Below are positions 1-12,808 of a stretch of 64,000 bases of DNA, in pieces; positions within the stretch are counted from its first letter, which is position 1, and each line of letters opens with the position of its first letter. Source of the DNA: Marsupella aquatica (Eukaryota > Plantae > Marchantiophyta); NCBI GenBank assembly GCA_973895155.1, contig OZ316894.1, positions 14,771,680 to 14,835,679 on the forward strand. The letters run 5' to 3'. The translations under genes were made by a program, and so were the position numbers. A model generated the notes under the pieces. That model was not told the origin of the DNA, did no database searches, and saw nothing but the letters and a program-made list of their open reading frames with translations.

Positions 1-1400
1 TATTTAGATATTAACAGTATTAGTTCTTGTGTGACTTATCTGAAGTAATGTTTGACACGGCTGGGGGGATCGGTATGTTTAGGCAAGATCTTCTGATTAT
101 CTGAAGGGCCAGGGCGGGGAAAAGGTGGCATAATGTACCAATGATCTGGTGGAGTGGCTCTGGTTGCAGAAGCTCTTGGTTAGTCAGGTTTTGCAGGTGG
201 AACTGAAGTGGGACAAGGATGCCTTGCACACAAAGGGGTTTCCCTGGTTCCTGTCATAGTAGTTGTTGAGTGGTATCAAGCACAAGATCACAAGTGGGAT
301 CGCCATGGATTGCAAGTGCATAAGGTGCTGACCAAATAGGTACTAGGATTAGGATTAGGATTAGGAGTGGGAAATAGTCAAGTAGACTTCATTGACCATA
401 TTCCCATGGCGGTGAGAGAGCACTTGGGAATTAGTATTTAGTGCAAGCCCCAATATGCACAAAGGGGGGCTGGGGGGCATTTATGCTGGTTTGTGATTAA
501 TATGCCATAAAAGAAGCTTTGTGCAGGGAGACAGAACTTAACCCTCAAAAGGTATAACACTGAGGTAAAAAGGGAAAGAACTACCAGGACCATGAGAGTT
601 GCTGATAGAAGTGCCTGTGTGCTAGGGTTGGGAATGTTGTAGCTTTGGATTACAGGATGTCAACTATGCAATAGCATTAGGCAAACAACACTTGTTTTTT
701 AGAGGCCTGGCAACAAATGGTCAGGATAAGTAAGGATACTAGTGAGGATTATGTACCACAAGTGATGAAGAGGTCCTTAGCAAGGAAGACAAAGATATTG
801 AGGAAGAGTAGGACAAAGATGAGCTGATCAGACCTACAAATGACCAAATGAATATGGGTTCACCTGGACGGGTTTTGAAATCAATAATAGAAGGCCAGCA
901 GCAGAACCCCTGGACCTTTGATCTTTTTAATCTTTTTGAGGAATGGGTAGAGAGTGAGGAAGAGTGGGACATTATGGAGGAGATCATACCAGATTCTATA
1001 CAAATCATGTTTTCTTTAATAAAATCAATCGATGCACACAATTGTCCAGAGAGCAACCTTAGACCCTAAACCCTAAAGTTCACACTTTCTTGATGTAGAA
1101 AATTCATCAAGATGGAAGGGTATTGAGAGAAAAAAGTAGGGTTGGCCAGTTTTGTAATATCTCTAGCATAGAGAAATATCATGTATTCATTGCTTGCCAG
1201 TTTTATGAGGGCATGAGAATGGCATCTCAGATCTTGGTGAAAGATTTGTATGCATTCTTTAGTAAGAGAAACCACAACAAACGTTTTGCAGAAAGGGCCA
1301 AACATAGTACAAAAGAACAACAAAAGAGGTCCAAAGTGGACAAAAACCACACGTGAGCAATAGGAAACCCCTAAAAACCAAGAAAAGTAAAAACTACTTG
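1..1400. mobile_element. Patchwork of degraded LINE fragments
   Basis: Short coding-like pieces in mixed orientation and a (TAGGAT)n tail-like run at about 343-366. Segment 1123-1262 (SIEKYHVFIACQFYEGMRMASQILVKDLYAF) is nearly identical to the LINE C-terminus at 63010-63110. Confidence 0.5.
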
Positions 1401-3440
1401 GCAACCTTGTTGATTTATCGTAACATTTGACAGTGAACCATGAGAAGTTTGAAAATCTTTGTGGACTCTTGAGGTATTTGCTTGATGGACCCCCAAAATG
1501 AAACTTGTTACTTGATCAGCCCCTTGAGGTCTATCAACGGTCCAGATCTGAGATCGAAAGGTCCATCAATGGCCCAGATTGGGGAAAAGTATGGAGGGGG
1601 TTGATTAAGCAAACTTTTTCCAGAAGGGGGTCTACTAAGCATATCTTGCTGGACTCTTAGGTCCATAGTTTGATAGAGGACAGATCCTCAAATGAGCCAT
1701 CTTTCATGGACTTGGGGGGGGGGGGGGGTCACTTCCACAAAAGTGCCAAATCATGTGCGACAAAGTATAGGGTGGTTTAAATGGTCACAAAGGAAGACTT
1801 CCAAAGATTTATGGAAAAACAATACGGTCCGTTAAAGCTTTTTGTCCGCTTTAAGAACAATAGGCTTTTATTAAATAGGTCATATTTACGGACCACCATT
1901 AGGGGTCCTTTGCAAAATTCCTGGCCCCACAGCACGCCACATCATCATGGCACGCTGCAAATAGGAAGAGACTTGTTTTTGGATAAAATTAACTTCTGCA
2001 TTCGTGTTTGTGGCAAGTTTGCTATAAAAACTGGGACGCCATGCCATAAAAAAAAATGTAAAAAAAATTGACATGCAAATCAAAAGACAAAAAGATTGAG
2101 GTAAAACTATTCTCAGTAACGGTTTTATTTACATTTTGATTTTATTCAAAACATAAAATTTTCCCGGTAGGAATTTTAGATTTGACATTGCTGAGTCAAA
2201 TCATAATGAAAACTCAAGTATAATATGGCGTTGGAAAGATCTTGAAAAGACGGTCCTGATGAGCTCAGCATTGTCACCATTTGGTAAGAATTGAGTAAGT
2301 AATTTGAAAAATAATTATTTTACCCATGATGTCATAATTTCTAACGTGAATTGCCTTTCCGGGTTTGGCGAAGGAGCTTTTTTATTTATTAATATCTAAG
2401 GAAACATTGGTACAAACTAAAGACCCACACTTCGTTGTATAATAGCAGCCCTTCAGTAGCGTGGAGGAAACCGTCGAGCACCGTTTTGCTGAAGTGGGCA
2501 ATTAAGCTACCCACACATTAAACAGTAGTTCATATTGCAGCTGGTTTTGCGATTGATGTTAATTATGGTTGCCTTGGTAAATTTGGCAACTGTTTCAAGT
2601 GTCAAACATTGACTTGTCCATTTAAAAAAACAAACTCTTTAGAGTTGGAGGTCCATCTAGGCTTCAGTTTCTAGATAACTGCCTCTAAAATAACATGGGG
2701 GTCCACGGATTAATTGATGAAGTTGTCTAAGAAAATTAGAGTTTTTTGTGTCATCTACTGCACAAGACACATGGCAATTTCTAATTGGTACATGCATCCC
2801 AGTTGGTATATGTGTATTCCCAAAGAATAATTAAAAAATAAAATCCCAAGAAAATAACTAAAAGTATTCTAATTGTTTTGAAGAACAACTAGGATGCAGT
2901 TTGTATTTATTTTACTCTATCATTATCATAGAATTGTGAAACCCTCATGCTAAGCCCAATGCTGAGGTGTTCAATGCCCCACTTGAGTCAGGAGGACCAA
3001 CTTTTTTTGCATTAAAATGACCTATTGTGAAGGTCACTTGTGCTTTGTCAATAAGGCCATGAGCTCAAGCAAATGAGTTGAAAGTTGCAATTGGCTCAAT
3101 TTTAGTCTTGCAACAATTTGGGAAGCAAAGTAGAGATAGATGCCTTGAATAGGCAACCAATAGTGTCTGGTTTCCTATTCATAGTGTATGATCTCCAACA
3201 TGCTACACTATTTTAAAGTTTAGAGTGCAACATAGATAACTTTGATGGTTGGACAACCATAGAATAATATGTATATCACCCTATTCATTACAAGTGTATT
3301 TTGTTTTGTTCACTTTTGATCTCTAAATATACACTCTTTAACCCTAAAAGGAACACTATAGTACAATACTCTACACCTAAATGGTAAATTGTAAACTTGA
3401 GGGGGGAAAAAGTATCTTTACTAAAAGGAGTCTCATCCTA

Positions 3441-3818
3441 CAGTGTTCATTGTAATTAGTGTTATGCAAGAATTAGTGTTAGTACAAAATTAGTGTTACT
3501 AACAATAATTTTGGCAAAAATGATTTTGAGTCCAAGTAACACTCATTTTTGTAGGTTTTCAAAACAGATGTTTTAGTTTAAATTTCTTGTAAAAAATGGA
3601 TGATCTTTAATCCAAAGTAACACTAATAGTTGTGGATTTTTCAAATAGTTTTTTTTCTTTCTATTTTTCCACTCTTAAGACCACAATAACACTAATTCAT
3701 GTGCGCAAAAATAGTGTTAGCACAAGTTTAGTGTAACTAACACTAATTCACGAGTACACTCTTAAAATGGGTGCTTTCAAATTAGTGTTAGTCACACTAA
3801 TTACGGTGAATGTTAGTG
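3441..3818. mobile_element. Tc1/mariner-type MITE (TA target site)
   Basis: Flanked by TA (3439-3440 and 3819-3820). Imperfect TIRs CAGTGTTCATTGTAATTAGTGT and revcomp CACTAACATTCACCGTAATTAGTGT. Many internal AATTAGTGTT/AACACTAAT motifs in both orientations. Confidence 0.65.
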
Positions 3819-4319
3819 TAGTTCATTTACAAAGGATGAACATGGTGGTACCGATGGCTGATGGCCATCACCTTTATTTCTCAAATGTACATGTTTTGAA
3901 AGCCAAATGTACACTCTCTATTGCCCAAATGTTCATAAATTGAATAACAATTCACTTTTCATGAATATATTGATGTATAAGTATTTAGTTTTATGGTCTA
4001 TGGACTGTACAAGAGATGTATGATGTGCTATCAAGTGGAGAGGCAGAGTATATTGAATTGAGTGGAAAGGCAAAGAAAATTGAATGATCAAGAAAATTTG
4101 GGCTCTAACTTAATAGGAGACACTTATATTTTCTTTACGGGCATTGTTTAATTCAAACAAAACTTCACTTAAAATTTTTTAGGGGTAATATAATAAAATA
4201 TGGCTGCTTAAAGTAAGGGGGGGGGGGGCGTATTAATTCAGAATTGAACACCTCAAATCTTTCAGAAAACCCAGGCAGTCATAGGGAGAGTGCAAAAGCT
4301 TGCCCAGTCAAAAAGAGCC

Positions 4320-7300
4320 TGCCAGATGGGAGACCCAAAGATACTATATGCAAATAATCAGCCACCTCTAAAAGCATTGAATGAAAATCAAACTACCCAT
4401 GAATTGACAAGTGACTAAACATGTGAGAGTTCCTAAGTAGTGGGATTGATAGTGGGATCAAATCAACAGTAGAGCTTTATCAATCAAATATATATAAGTC
4501 AAGTAGTGGGATCCAACAGAGGCCAGGAGAGTCTATTCAGAAGACAGTCTTTGGTCATTTTCCAACACAATTGAGTTTGTGGGCAGTGAAAGAAAGGACT
4601 TGGGATAGTTAACAATAAGATTCAGAGCTTATAATCCACACAAGCCTTCTCAATGTGACAGGCACTAACTACCATGAATGAGGCCCTTGGCTGGTAATTG
4701 TATTATTTGTATTATACGCTCTAGGACCATAAAAGTCAAAGGGGCTCTAACAAAAGTGTAGGTACAATCCATTTGAATGGACAATCAATGAAAGATTGTT
4801 TGCTAGTACCCCCAGATAAATGTCTTGGCCCTCATACACAACAGATGTGAACCCCACATATGCATCCAGCCTCTACTCCATTCCACTACAGACTGTCCTG
4901 GCCACCCCCAATGTGCCATTCAGCCTGGACCAACCACTCATTGGGTCCTAGCAGCTGATATGCCCTTACTAGAGTTCTCAAGCACAAACACTCTTAGGAG
5001 CTCAGGCCTATTTTCCCACTGCCATTGCCAAGCTAGTGTCTCCAGACCAAACCTTCATCGGACTGGCAAAAACTATTAGCTAGCAGAAAAATGCACAAGT
5101 CCTCATGTCCCCCCCCCCCCCCTCCATGCTCAGCCAGGTCCTCCACCTATACTCCTCTTGAACCCACAATTTTTAGTAACAAAAACAAGGCTATCATTGG
5201 GCAAAGAGTGAACGCCACACATGCAGCCAATTGAATCATTCACACTTCACTCACATAGGGGTAAGATTGCCTTGATGAACCACTGACATAGTAGAATGAC
5301 TAAAGAATTCTTGAAAATAATTCTAATCCACCCTCCACCTTTGATATAGACAAAGTGGCCCACCCAACAAAAGGGATCTTCTTGGAAATCTTCTAGATTG
5401 AATTCCAAAAGAAATTCCTGGCAAAGAGCAATCATGTTTGATTACTTAAAAATATCATGTGATAGATAGGAATGGCCTCTGCACAGGCTTTGCTAAAAAG
5501 ACCTTTCTGGGTAGATTAAGGAAACTAGTCTTGTCCTATTCTCAGAATTAGCAGCTAATTGGGATAGGTTGTTCTAGTCATCTGTCCTCCCAGTCATCAG
5601 TTGAAGGGAAGATTTAACACAAACTAAGCTACAATTCAAATTGGATTACTATTCTGTTGACCTTCCTGACTTGTTGCAAACTTGCTCACCTCAAGACCTT
5701 CACCGAGGTACAAGGCAAGGTCTACCACCAAGTAATTACACAGTGAGGTTTTAATCTGCAATATTCCAAATTTCATGATTCATCACTACACAAAACTTTC
5801 TAAACATGATCTGCAACTAAACAACCATGGATTGCACATATGAACCCATTGCCAGGAACTCGGGGTGAAACTTGAGGCCTGCAACAAAATTTTGGGAGGA
5901 TGGACACAAAGGTGGGGGTGGCATTTTTCGGGCCCGCTTTTACCAGGAAGAATTGGTTCTCCATCCACAAGGCTGAGATCTCAAGTTTGGCAGTATTTTT
6001 TACTCATGCTTCATTTTCAACACAACTTCATGAACTCAACAACATGGAGTTCATGAACGTGTGAAATCTGCATAACATATATATATATCTATCACACTGC
6101 TAAAACACAAAGGGGAGCGTCCCGGGGAGGGGGGGGGGCGCAACAAGGGAAAACCCCAGAAAGACCAAGGGACCCCAGCCAAAGTCCACCACAACAAAAA
6201 TACAGGAACAACAGAACCTAAAGCCTCCCTATCAGCAAACTAGAGAGCCTTGTAGAGTTGTGAGGTGTGCCATTGCATGGTATGGTCCCGTAGAGGGATT
6301 TGACTAGAGTCTCTAAAACTAACCACCCCTACAAAGAATAGTGAATGCTTGAGCCGTGTGCAGTGCATTAGATACCCATGATTCAAAGAAGTCAGTGATG
6401 AGAAACACCAGAGGATAAGACATTTGCTCGACACATTGTATCAAGCAGGATTGGGGATAGTGTTCTTATCTGCACAGTCAGACCATAAGAAACAATCAAA
6501 GATATGATGTGGAACCCCAAAACCTTCCAATTGAAGCAAACCAGTAGAACTAGTAAGATGGGTTTCTCCCAATGCATACTCCCGCTCTAGGCCTTTGTGT
6601 CACCGAGGATTTTCATCATGACAGCAAACAACAAACAGATTTACTCGTAGTAGCAAAATATCCTGTTACCAGCAAAACATTACTGTTACTAGAAAAAACA
6701 AAACTCCAAAAATAAGTTATTAAAAGTTATATTTTCCAAAATATTTTAAAACACCACATTTTTTTGCTAGCGCTGGGCGCTACTATTACTAGCTTTGTGC
6801 AAAAAAATCAATTTAAAACAATTCCCCCCCCCCCAAAAAAAAAAAGGGTATAACCACCATGCCATGAAACAGGAAATAGGAAAAAGGAAAACAGCAAACA
6901 ACAAACAGCAAATGGATGACAATTTTTTTTGATTTTTTTTGATTTTTTTTCTTTCTTTTTGGGTTTGTATTTTTGACATTTTTTACTAGCGCCCAAAGCT
7001 AGTAATAGTAGCGTCTGACGCTAGCCAAAAATGATCATTTTTAAAAATATTTTGAAAATTTTGAGTTTTAATGAGACATTTTTGATATTTCATTTTTGCT
7101 TGTAATAGTAAAGTTTTGCTCATAACAGGAAATAATTTTTCCTGTTTCCCGGCACGGTGTAAAGCCTCCCCAAAATATCCTAAAACATTATCACCCATAT
7201 GTTGTTGCCAGTAATTATTTGTTGTTTACCAGTATCACCTATTTCCTCTCATTGTCATGAAGCTTTAACTTAATAGGGTTACTCAACATATTGCTTTGAA

Positions 7301-7440
7301 TTCCAAGTAGATTATAGATGTGACCTTGGATCTTTTATGCTGGTCCAAATTCCTAGCTGCTACTGATTACTGAGAATATTGTTACGGACCCCCATGGGAA
7401 GCTTCTAACAAAATCTCTAGCACCACAGCCACATCATCAA
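4320..7440 (-). mobile_element. Degraded L1-like LINE fragments, interrupted by a MITE
   Basis: Frameshifted RT/C-terminal-like translations on the minus strand (5240-5760, 6240-6600, 7170-7440) and a 3'UTR-like block at about 6100-6240 that resembles blocks at 19660 and 24140. Confidence 0.4.
6605..7168. mobile_element. Non-autonomous TIR element (MITE family, copy 1)
   Basis: GAGG...CCTC ends with imperfect TIRs. Internal CCTGTTACCAG, AACAGGAAA and TGGGCGCTACTATTA motifs are shared with 40633-40978 and 50301-50540. Confidence 0.6.
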
Positions 7441-8694
7441 GTTCAGTCACAAAAAGGAACAATGAATGTTATCTACAAAAAACAAACGAAGTCATTTGTG
7501 TTTGATGCAAGACAAAGAAAAACGATTATACCCAAGTAACTTGAGAAGATCAAAAAACTGAAAACTAATTTTTAGAAGAACAAATATTTGCGTCACATTA
7601 AATACCAATTTTATACATCATCAATGATTTGTCAGTGTTTTACATAAATATACTTGATTTTTAAATTTTTTTGCAAATTTTTGAAAAACAAGCCGATAAA
7701 AATATAAATATTTAGGACCTCTTGGGTTTCACAATGTAAAACAAACTAAATAATCAAACTCCTTAGTACTTGATGAGATCTGTCAATGATAGATCCATTG
7801 GAAACTCATCACCGGCTTGATAATATCTCCTGATGTCAAACTCATTGAAAAGTTAGAAAAACAAGAAAGTAACTCATTATTTTTGGGGTCGATTATTTCA
7901 TCAGGTATCAGTGACTAATATCAATCATTTGTCAAATTTTTTTGTGAGTCTTAGTTGCGCTATTGAGATAGAGTATTGCACCTCTGTGCATTTCAGCTAG
8001 GCAACTTAGACTCACAAAACTCTAAACTCCGTGCCTTGCCAAGATGGGCGGACAGAAGAACCAACCAAAAAACCAATTTCTTTCCTGAAAAAAAAATCCA
8101 AAGTGATTTTTCCAACAAATTAGAGCCCATACAGTACGGAAAAAGACTTGACAAAAACTCTCTTAGAAAGTTAGAGAGATTTCTATCTCCTTAGTATTCA
8201 AAATCTTACATGAAATTTGTCAATGCCAAACTCAATGTTGAGAAACTAGAAGAATTTATGAACTTATGATCTTTGTAGTACTTGACAAAAATCTTTGAAT
8301 GTCACACTCATTAGAAAGGCACAACAATTCATAAACTTATTTGGTACTTGACTAAATCTGCCAATGTGAGACTTATTGGAATCCCAAAAAAATTGATAAA
8401 CTCGTGATCTCCTTGGTACGTGACAAAATTTACCAATGTGATGCTCATTCAAAACTATGAGAAATTTAGAAAATTATGACTGCTTTGAAACCTTTTGTGT
8501 AAAACTTTTACAAGCATTTTAGAAAATCTGAACATTGAGAATGAATCCATGGAAACAATCCAAGATTGAAGTTGATCCAGGCAATTAGCTTCAATAATCA
8601 AGAAGGTATAACCAATTCAAATAGGGGGAAGTGGGATGAACACTAATATAGAGATCCAAATTCTTTAGTCTTCCAAGTTGCTCCATGACCCATA

Positions 8695-8833
8695 GGCTTT
8701 GTAGAACTCATGAAACAAGACACACATGATACAACACTTAAGAAATATTTCTGATTTTTCAATGGCTTTGTAGAACTCATGAAACACGACGCTCAATTTT
8801 GATACAACACTTCAGAAATATTTCTGATTTTTT
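8695..8833. repeat. Tandem duplication of about 70 bp
   Basis: GGCTTTGTAGAACTCATGAAACA...GATACAACACTT.AGAAATATTTCTGATTTTT occurs twice in a row. Confidence 0.85.
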
Positions 8834-8890
8834 TCTCATTGAATTTAAGAATAGTTATGGGAAGACTAGCCCAATGCCCGTGCGTTGCAC

Positions 8891-10250
8891 GAAAGATGTC
8901 AAGGTGATAAAAGATGTCGAGAAGAGAAAAAAATAGCAAGGTGAAAAATATGTTGAGGTAATAAAAGATGTTAAGGAGAGAAAAAATGTCAAGGTGAAAA
9001 AAGATGTGAAGGTGAGAAAAAGATGTCGAGGAGAGAAAAGATGTCGAGGTGAGAAAATTTGGAAGAAAAACATGACTTGTCCAGGTTCAGAGAAAAGATG
9101 TTGAGGAGAGAAATAGATGTTGAGATGGGAAAAAAATTTGAGGAGAGAAAATATGTCAAGGTGAACAAAAGATGTGGAGGAGAGCCAAATATGTTGAGGA
9201 GAAAACGTGTGCCAAGGAGAGAAAAAAATGTTGAGCAAGAAAAGATGTAAAGTAGAGCAAACTATTTTGAGGTGAGAAAATAAACTTGACACTTTTCCAC
9301 CCTCCTGAAGGGAAGGGGCAAGATGAAGCCTCTCCCTCCCTCTTTTCCCATCCATGTGCCCCCCTTCCCTTTTCTCCTTGTCTCTCCCCCTCTTTTGTTT
9401 TGCTTCCAAGGCTTTTTTTTAGACGATAAACTTCAAATTTTGTAAGACAATTGCTTTGCACGAAAGATGTCAAGGAGAGAAAAAATGCCAAGGTCAGCAA
9501 AAGCTGTTGAGGTGAGCGAGATGTTGAGGAGAGAAAATATTTTGAGGAGAGAAAAGATGTCATGGAGGAAATGATGTTGAGTAGAGAAAAAGATGTTGAG
9601 ATGGGATTGAAATAGATTTCAAGGAGAGGAGAGAAATGGTGTTGAGGAGAGAAAAGATGTTGAGATGAGAAAAACATTTCAAGGAGACAAAAGATGCTAA
9701 GGTGAGCAAAACAATGCCGAGGAGAGAAAAAATGTGGAGAGAGAAAGATTTTGAGATAAGCAAAGGGTGTTTAGGCGAGGTAAAGATATCAAGGCAAGAA
9801 AAGATGTCATGGGAGGCGACAAAGATGACATAGATGAAAATGTAAACTGCCTAAATACAAATATGAGGACACGTCAAAGACATTAATACCACACTCATGC
9901 ATATGCCAACCTCATCATATAGAACATTTTTGGTCAACCTTGCAAGACCCTCCTCATAATTTGGAAGCAAGACCGTAATACTTGTAGAAGATGTCGAGGT
10001 GAGGAAAAAATGTTGAAGGGAGCAAAAGATATCAGGTAGAGGGAAAGATGTCAAGGCAACACAAAGATGTTCAGGTGATGCAAAGAAATGTACGCAAGTG
10101 TTGCACAAAAGATGTTGAGGCAAGGAAAAGATGTCAAGACGAAGTCGAGGTGAGGAAAGTATGTTGAGGAAAGAAAAGATGTGAAGGCAAGACAATGATG
10201 TGGAGGCAAGGGATAAATGTGAAGGGAAGACAAAGATGTCAAGACAACGC
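8891..10250. repeat. Degenerate 18-20 bp tandem array (AAAGATGTCGAGGAGAGA) inside the Helitron
   Basis: Dozens of purine-rich units in blocks 8891-9290, 9462-9840 and 9985-10250. Confidence 0.9.
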
Positions 10251-10301
10251 AAATAAATAAAGGCGAGCTCATTCCCCATGCATTGCACAAAAAATATCAT
10301 T

Positions 10302-10346
10302 GTATAAATATGTTCTTGGTAATGGTAATGGTATAAATATGTTCTT
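10302..10346 (-). mobile_element. Tail-only LINE insertion with 16-bp TSD
   Basis: GTATAAATATGTTCTT (10302-10317) + GGTAATGGTAATG (10318-10330) + GTATAAATATGTTCTT (10331-10346). The insert is the revcomp of the (CATTAC)n tail of the LINE at 63351-63370. Confidence 0.75.
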
Positions 10347-11717
10347 ATATACACAAAAGCTCACATTGATTGGTAAAGATGTCCTTGTGAAAATCATATT
10401 GTTATGCAAAAGATGCTCTGAAGGAAAAATGTCATTATGTCCAAAAATTGTTATGTAAATAATGTTGTTGCATTTAGGGTTTGGTTGCATAAAATAAGTC
10501 TTGCTGCAAACTATTTAGTTTTGTAAATAATAAATTGTTGCCATCTCACATCCCATGCTCTTGCCATGCATGGTTGCACAAAGTGATCAGTTTTTAGTTT
10601 TTTAATTTAATTTTAATTTTGCTGTGCACTAAAACATGAAACTATCCGCTGTTGTTTTCCTTCTCTTTTCGCCATCTCTTCTTACTTTTCTCCATGTATT
10701 AAACTCTCCATGTGTCAATTTCTCTCTATCCCCTTGCCTATTGTCATATCTTTTGGGGAGTGTACTAATTATACTCCAATATAACCTCCATGATGAAAAC
10801 CAAAAAGTATATTTTAATTAGCTCCATAATCATTGTACTTTCAAGTACAATTATGAGCAAGTGTAATTAAAGCATGTAAAGTGGTCAGCTGAACCTTGGT
10901 TTCTACCGTGGTCACAATCATGTACTTTTTAAGTTTGCATGTGAGATAGAAATGAGAGGAGACACTTGGATGATTTTGGTGTCATCCAATGATTATTAAA
11001 AATATTATTTTCAATGAACGATCTGGATTTGTTCCTGCCTTTTCAGATATTCTTAAGCAGACAAGCCCAGAAATGGGCGGGTTCCATATAATAGAAGTAG
11101 TTGGGGTCCAAAAACTAATAGATTGTAGATGTGAACTTAGTTTTTCTATGCAGTTAAATTTGATAGGTCTATTATGCTGGTCCAAATTCATAGCCGTTTT
11201 TATTGAGAATATTGTTTTAAATTCCAAGTAGTGGTGATGTGAACTCTTCTAAGTAATGGTAGATATTAACTCGTCTATTCTGCTTTATTTCCTGGGTGAA
11301 AACAAAGCTGTGTGGTTCAAAACTGGAACGGATATTTCGGCATTTGAGGTAACTTCAATCTTTGCAATAAAATTAATTAATTATTCCTTTTCGAGTTAAG
11401 AAATGGCTTAGAGAAATTGTTAACCGTTTATAGGTTCTTCATTACTTGGGCAATGAAAACAATTAATTATTTATCCTTTGGAGTGGAAATAGTGCGGTAA
11501 CCCCGTTAACCTATTCACCTAGGGTCAATTGTCGTGCGTTAGCCACAATAATTATCCTAAACATTCCCGATAGAAGGGATCATCGAGAGAAAGGAAACGA
11601 CGAGGAAAAGGTTCATAAAGTACATCCCAAGAAAAAGAAAATCAGGCATTCTAGTGTGGCCGTAGTTCTTAGGTGACATCACGCTGAAACAGCCAGACCC
11701 CGTGGGGTATTGGGGCG

Positions 11718-11871
11718 CACCACAAAAAGTAGTACCTTTCATTATTGGCCTTTAAACTTGGGCACGAAATACTACCACAGTCGCAGTCACAACTCACCAC
11801 CAAAAGTGGTACCTTTTATTAGAGGCCTATAAACTTGGGCACGAAATACTCCCACAGTCGCAGTCACAACT
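11718..11871. repeat. Tandem duplication of about 78 bp downstream of the IDD gene
   Basis: ...AAAAGT.GTACCTTT.ATTA..GGCCT.TAAACTTGGGCACGAAATACT.CCACAGTCGCAGTCACAACT occurs twice. Confidence 0.85.
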
Positions 11872-12808
11872 GAGACGGAGTGTTGAAAGGCAGAGTCTTA
11901 TGAAAGGCAAAGACTAAGACTGAGAAATGGCAGGAAGTTGAAAAAATCCTAAACATTCGAAAGGAAACAAATAGCTTATCAACATTTGACGAGGTACAAT
12001 ACAAAGTCACGCTTACTATACCTTGTCAGCCATCTCGTCCACTTACTGTAGCGTTTCGTGAATTACAAAGCAGCAACGTCTCACTCATATATTTACACGT
12101 CTGGGGAAGTATCCTCATCCAGCATAGCATGGCATTTATACCAGAAAAGCACCAGCAATCAACGGAACTAACCTTACATTTGCATTTTAAGAAAGATTCC
12201 AATCTAGATTTCAAAGGGATTATCTAAATTTGCTTGCAGACCTTCCTGAGTTGCGCTCGAAGACATGAAGATTAGCTTCATGAACAGGTATGTTGTGTGT
12301 ATGAACGGTACCAGAGTAGATATTTCAAGAAATAAGACCACGTATATTCAATAACACCTCCACGGACAAAGAAAGTATGAAATGTTCAACCCAATGGAAA
12401 AAAACTTCCAGAGGATGACAATGTCTAAAGGACCTACTGGACTCGCGGAATGATTGAAAGGTCCATTCATCAAAATCAATAAGACCTCGAGATTGGATAT
12501 TCTGCATCCCTATTCTCATGACCTAGTGATATGAGCTGTTGGATCAAGTGCACCAAAAATAGCTGCACTGAAATCCTCCACATGCTGCTAGTTTACAAAT
12601 TAGTCATGAAATCGAATTCCTTACATCACAAAACACAGCTAATTACTAGCCATTCCCTGGATAGACGGACTATACCTTGGCAGCAGGCACGGTAGTCTGC
12701 TCCAAAAAGAAAATTCAACTCCTTGGAGCAACGAGTTTCAAAATGAAGTCTGCCATCGTCTTTTGACCCGCCTCTAAATGGATGCTCGGGGCTAATACAC
12801 ACTTTGAA

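Larger units (their letters stand above)
8866..10600 (-). mobile_element. Non-autonomous Helitron (3' end at 8866; 5' end not located)
   Basis: The minus strand reads ...CGTGCAACGCACGGGCATTGGG-CTAG|T, the canonical Helitron 3' hairpin plus CTAG terminus. Degenerate hairpin copies occur at about 9450, 10275 and 10565. Confidence 0.7.

Noticed and set aside
1063-1077. Two CCCTAAA telomere-like units
   Set aside because: Too short to distinguish from chance or a common telo-box.
8855-10354. Several 160-185 aa Phe/Ser/Leu-rich minus-strand ORFs
   Set aside because: They are translations of the 18-20 bp satellite and carry no protein signal.
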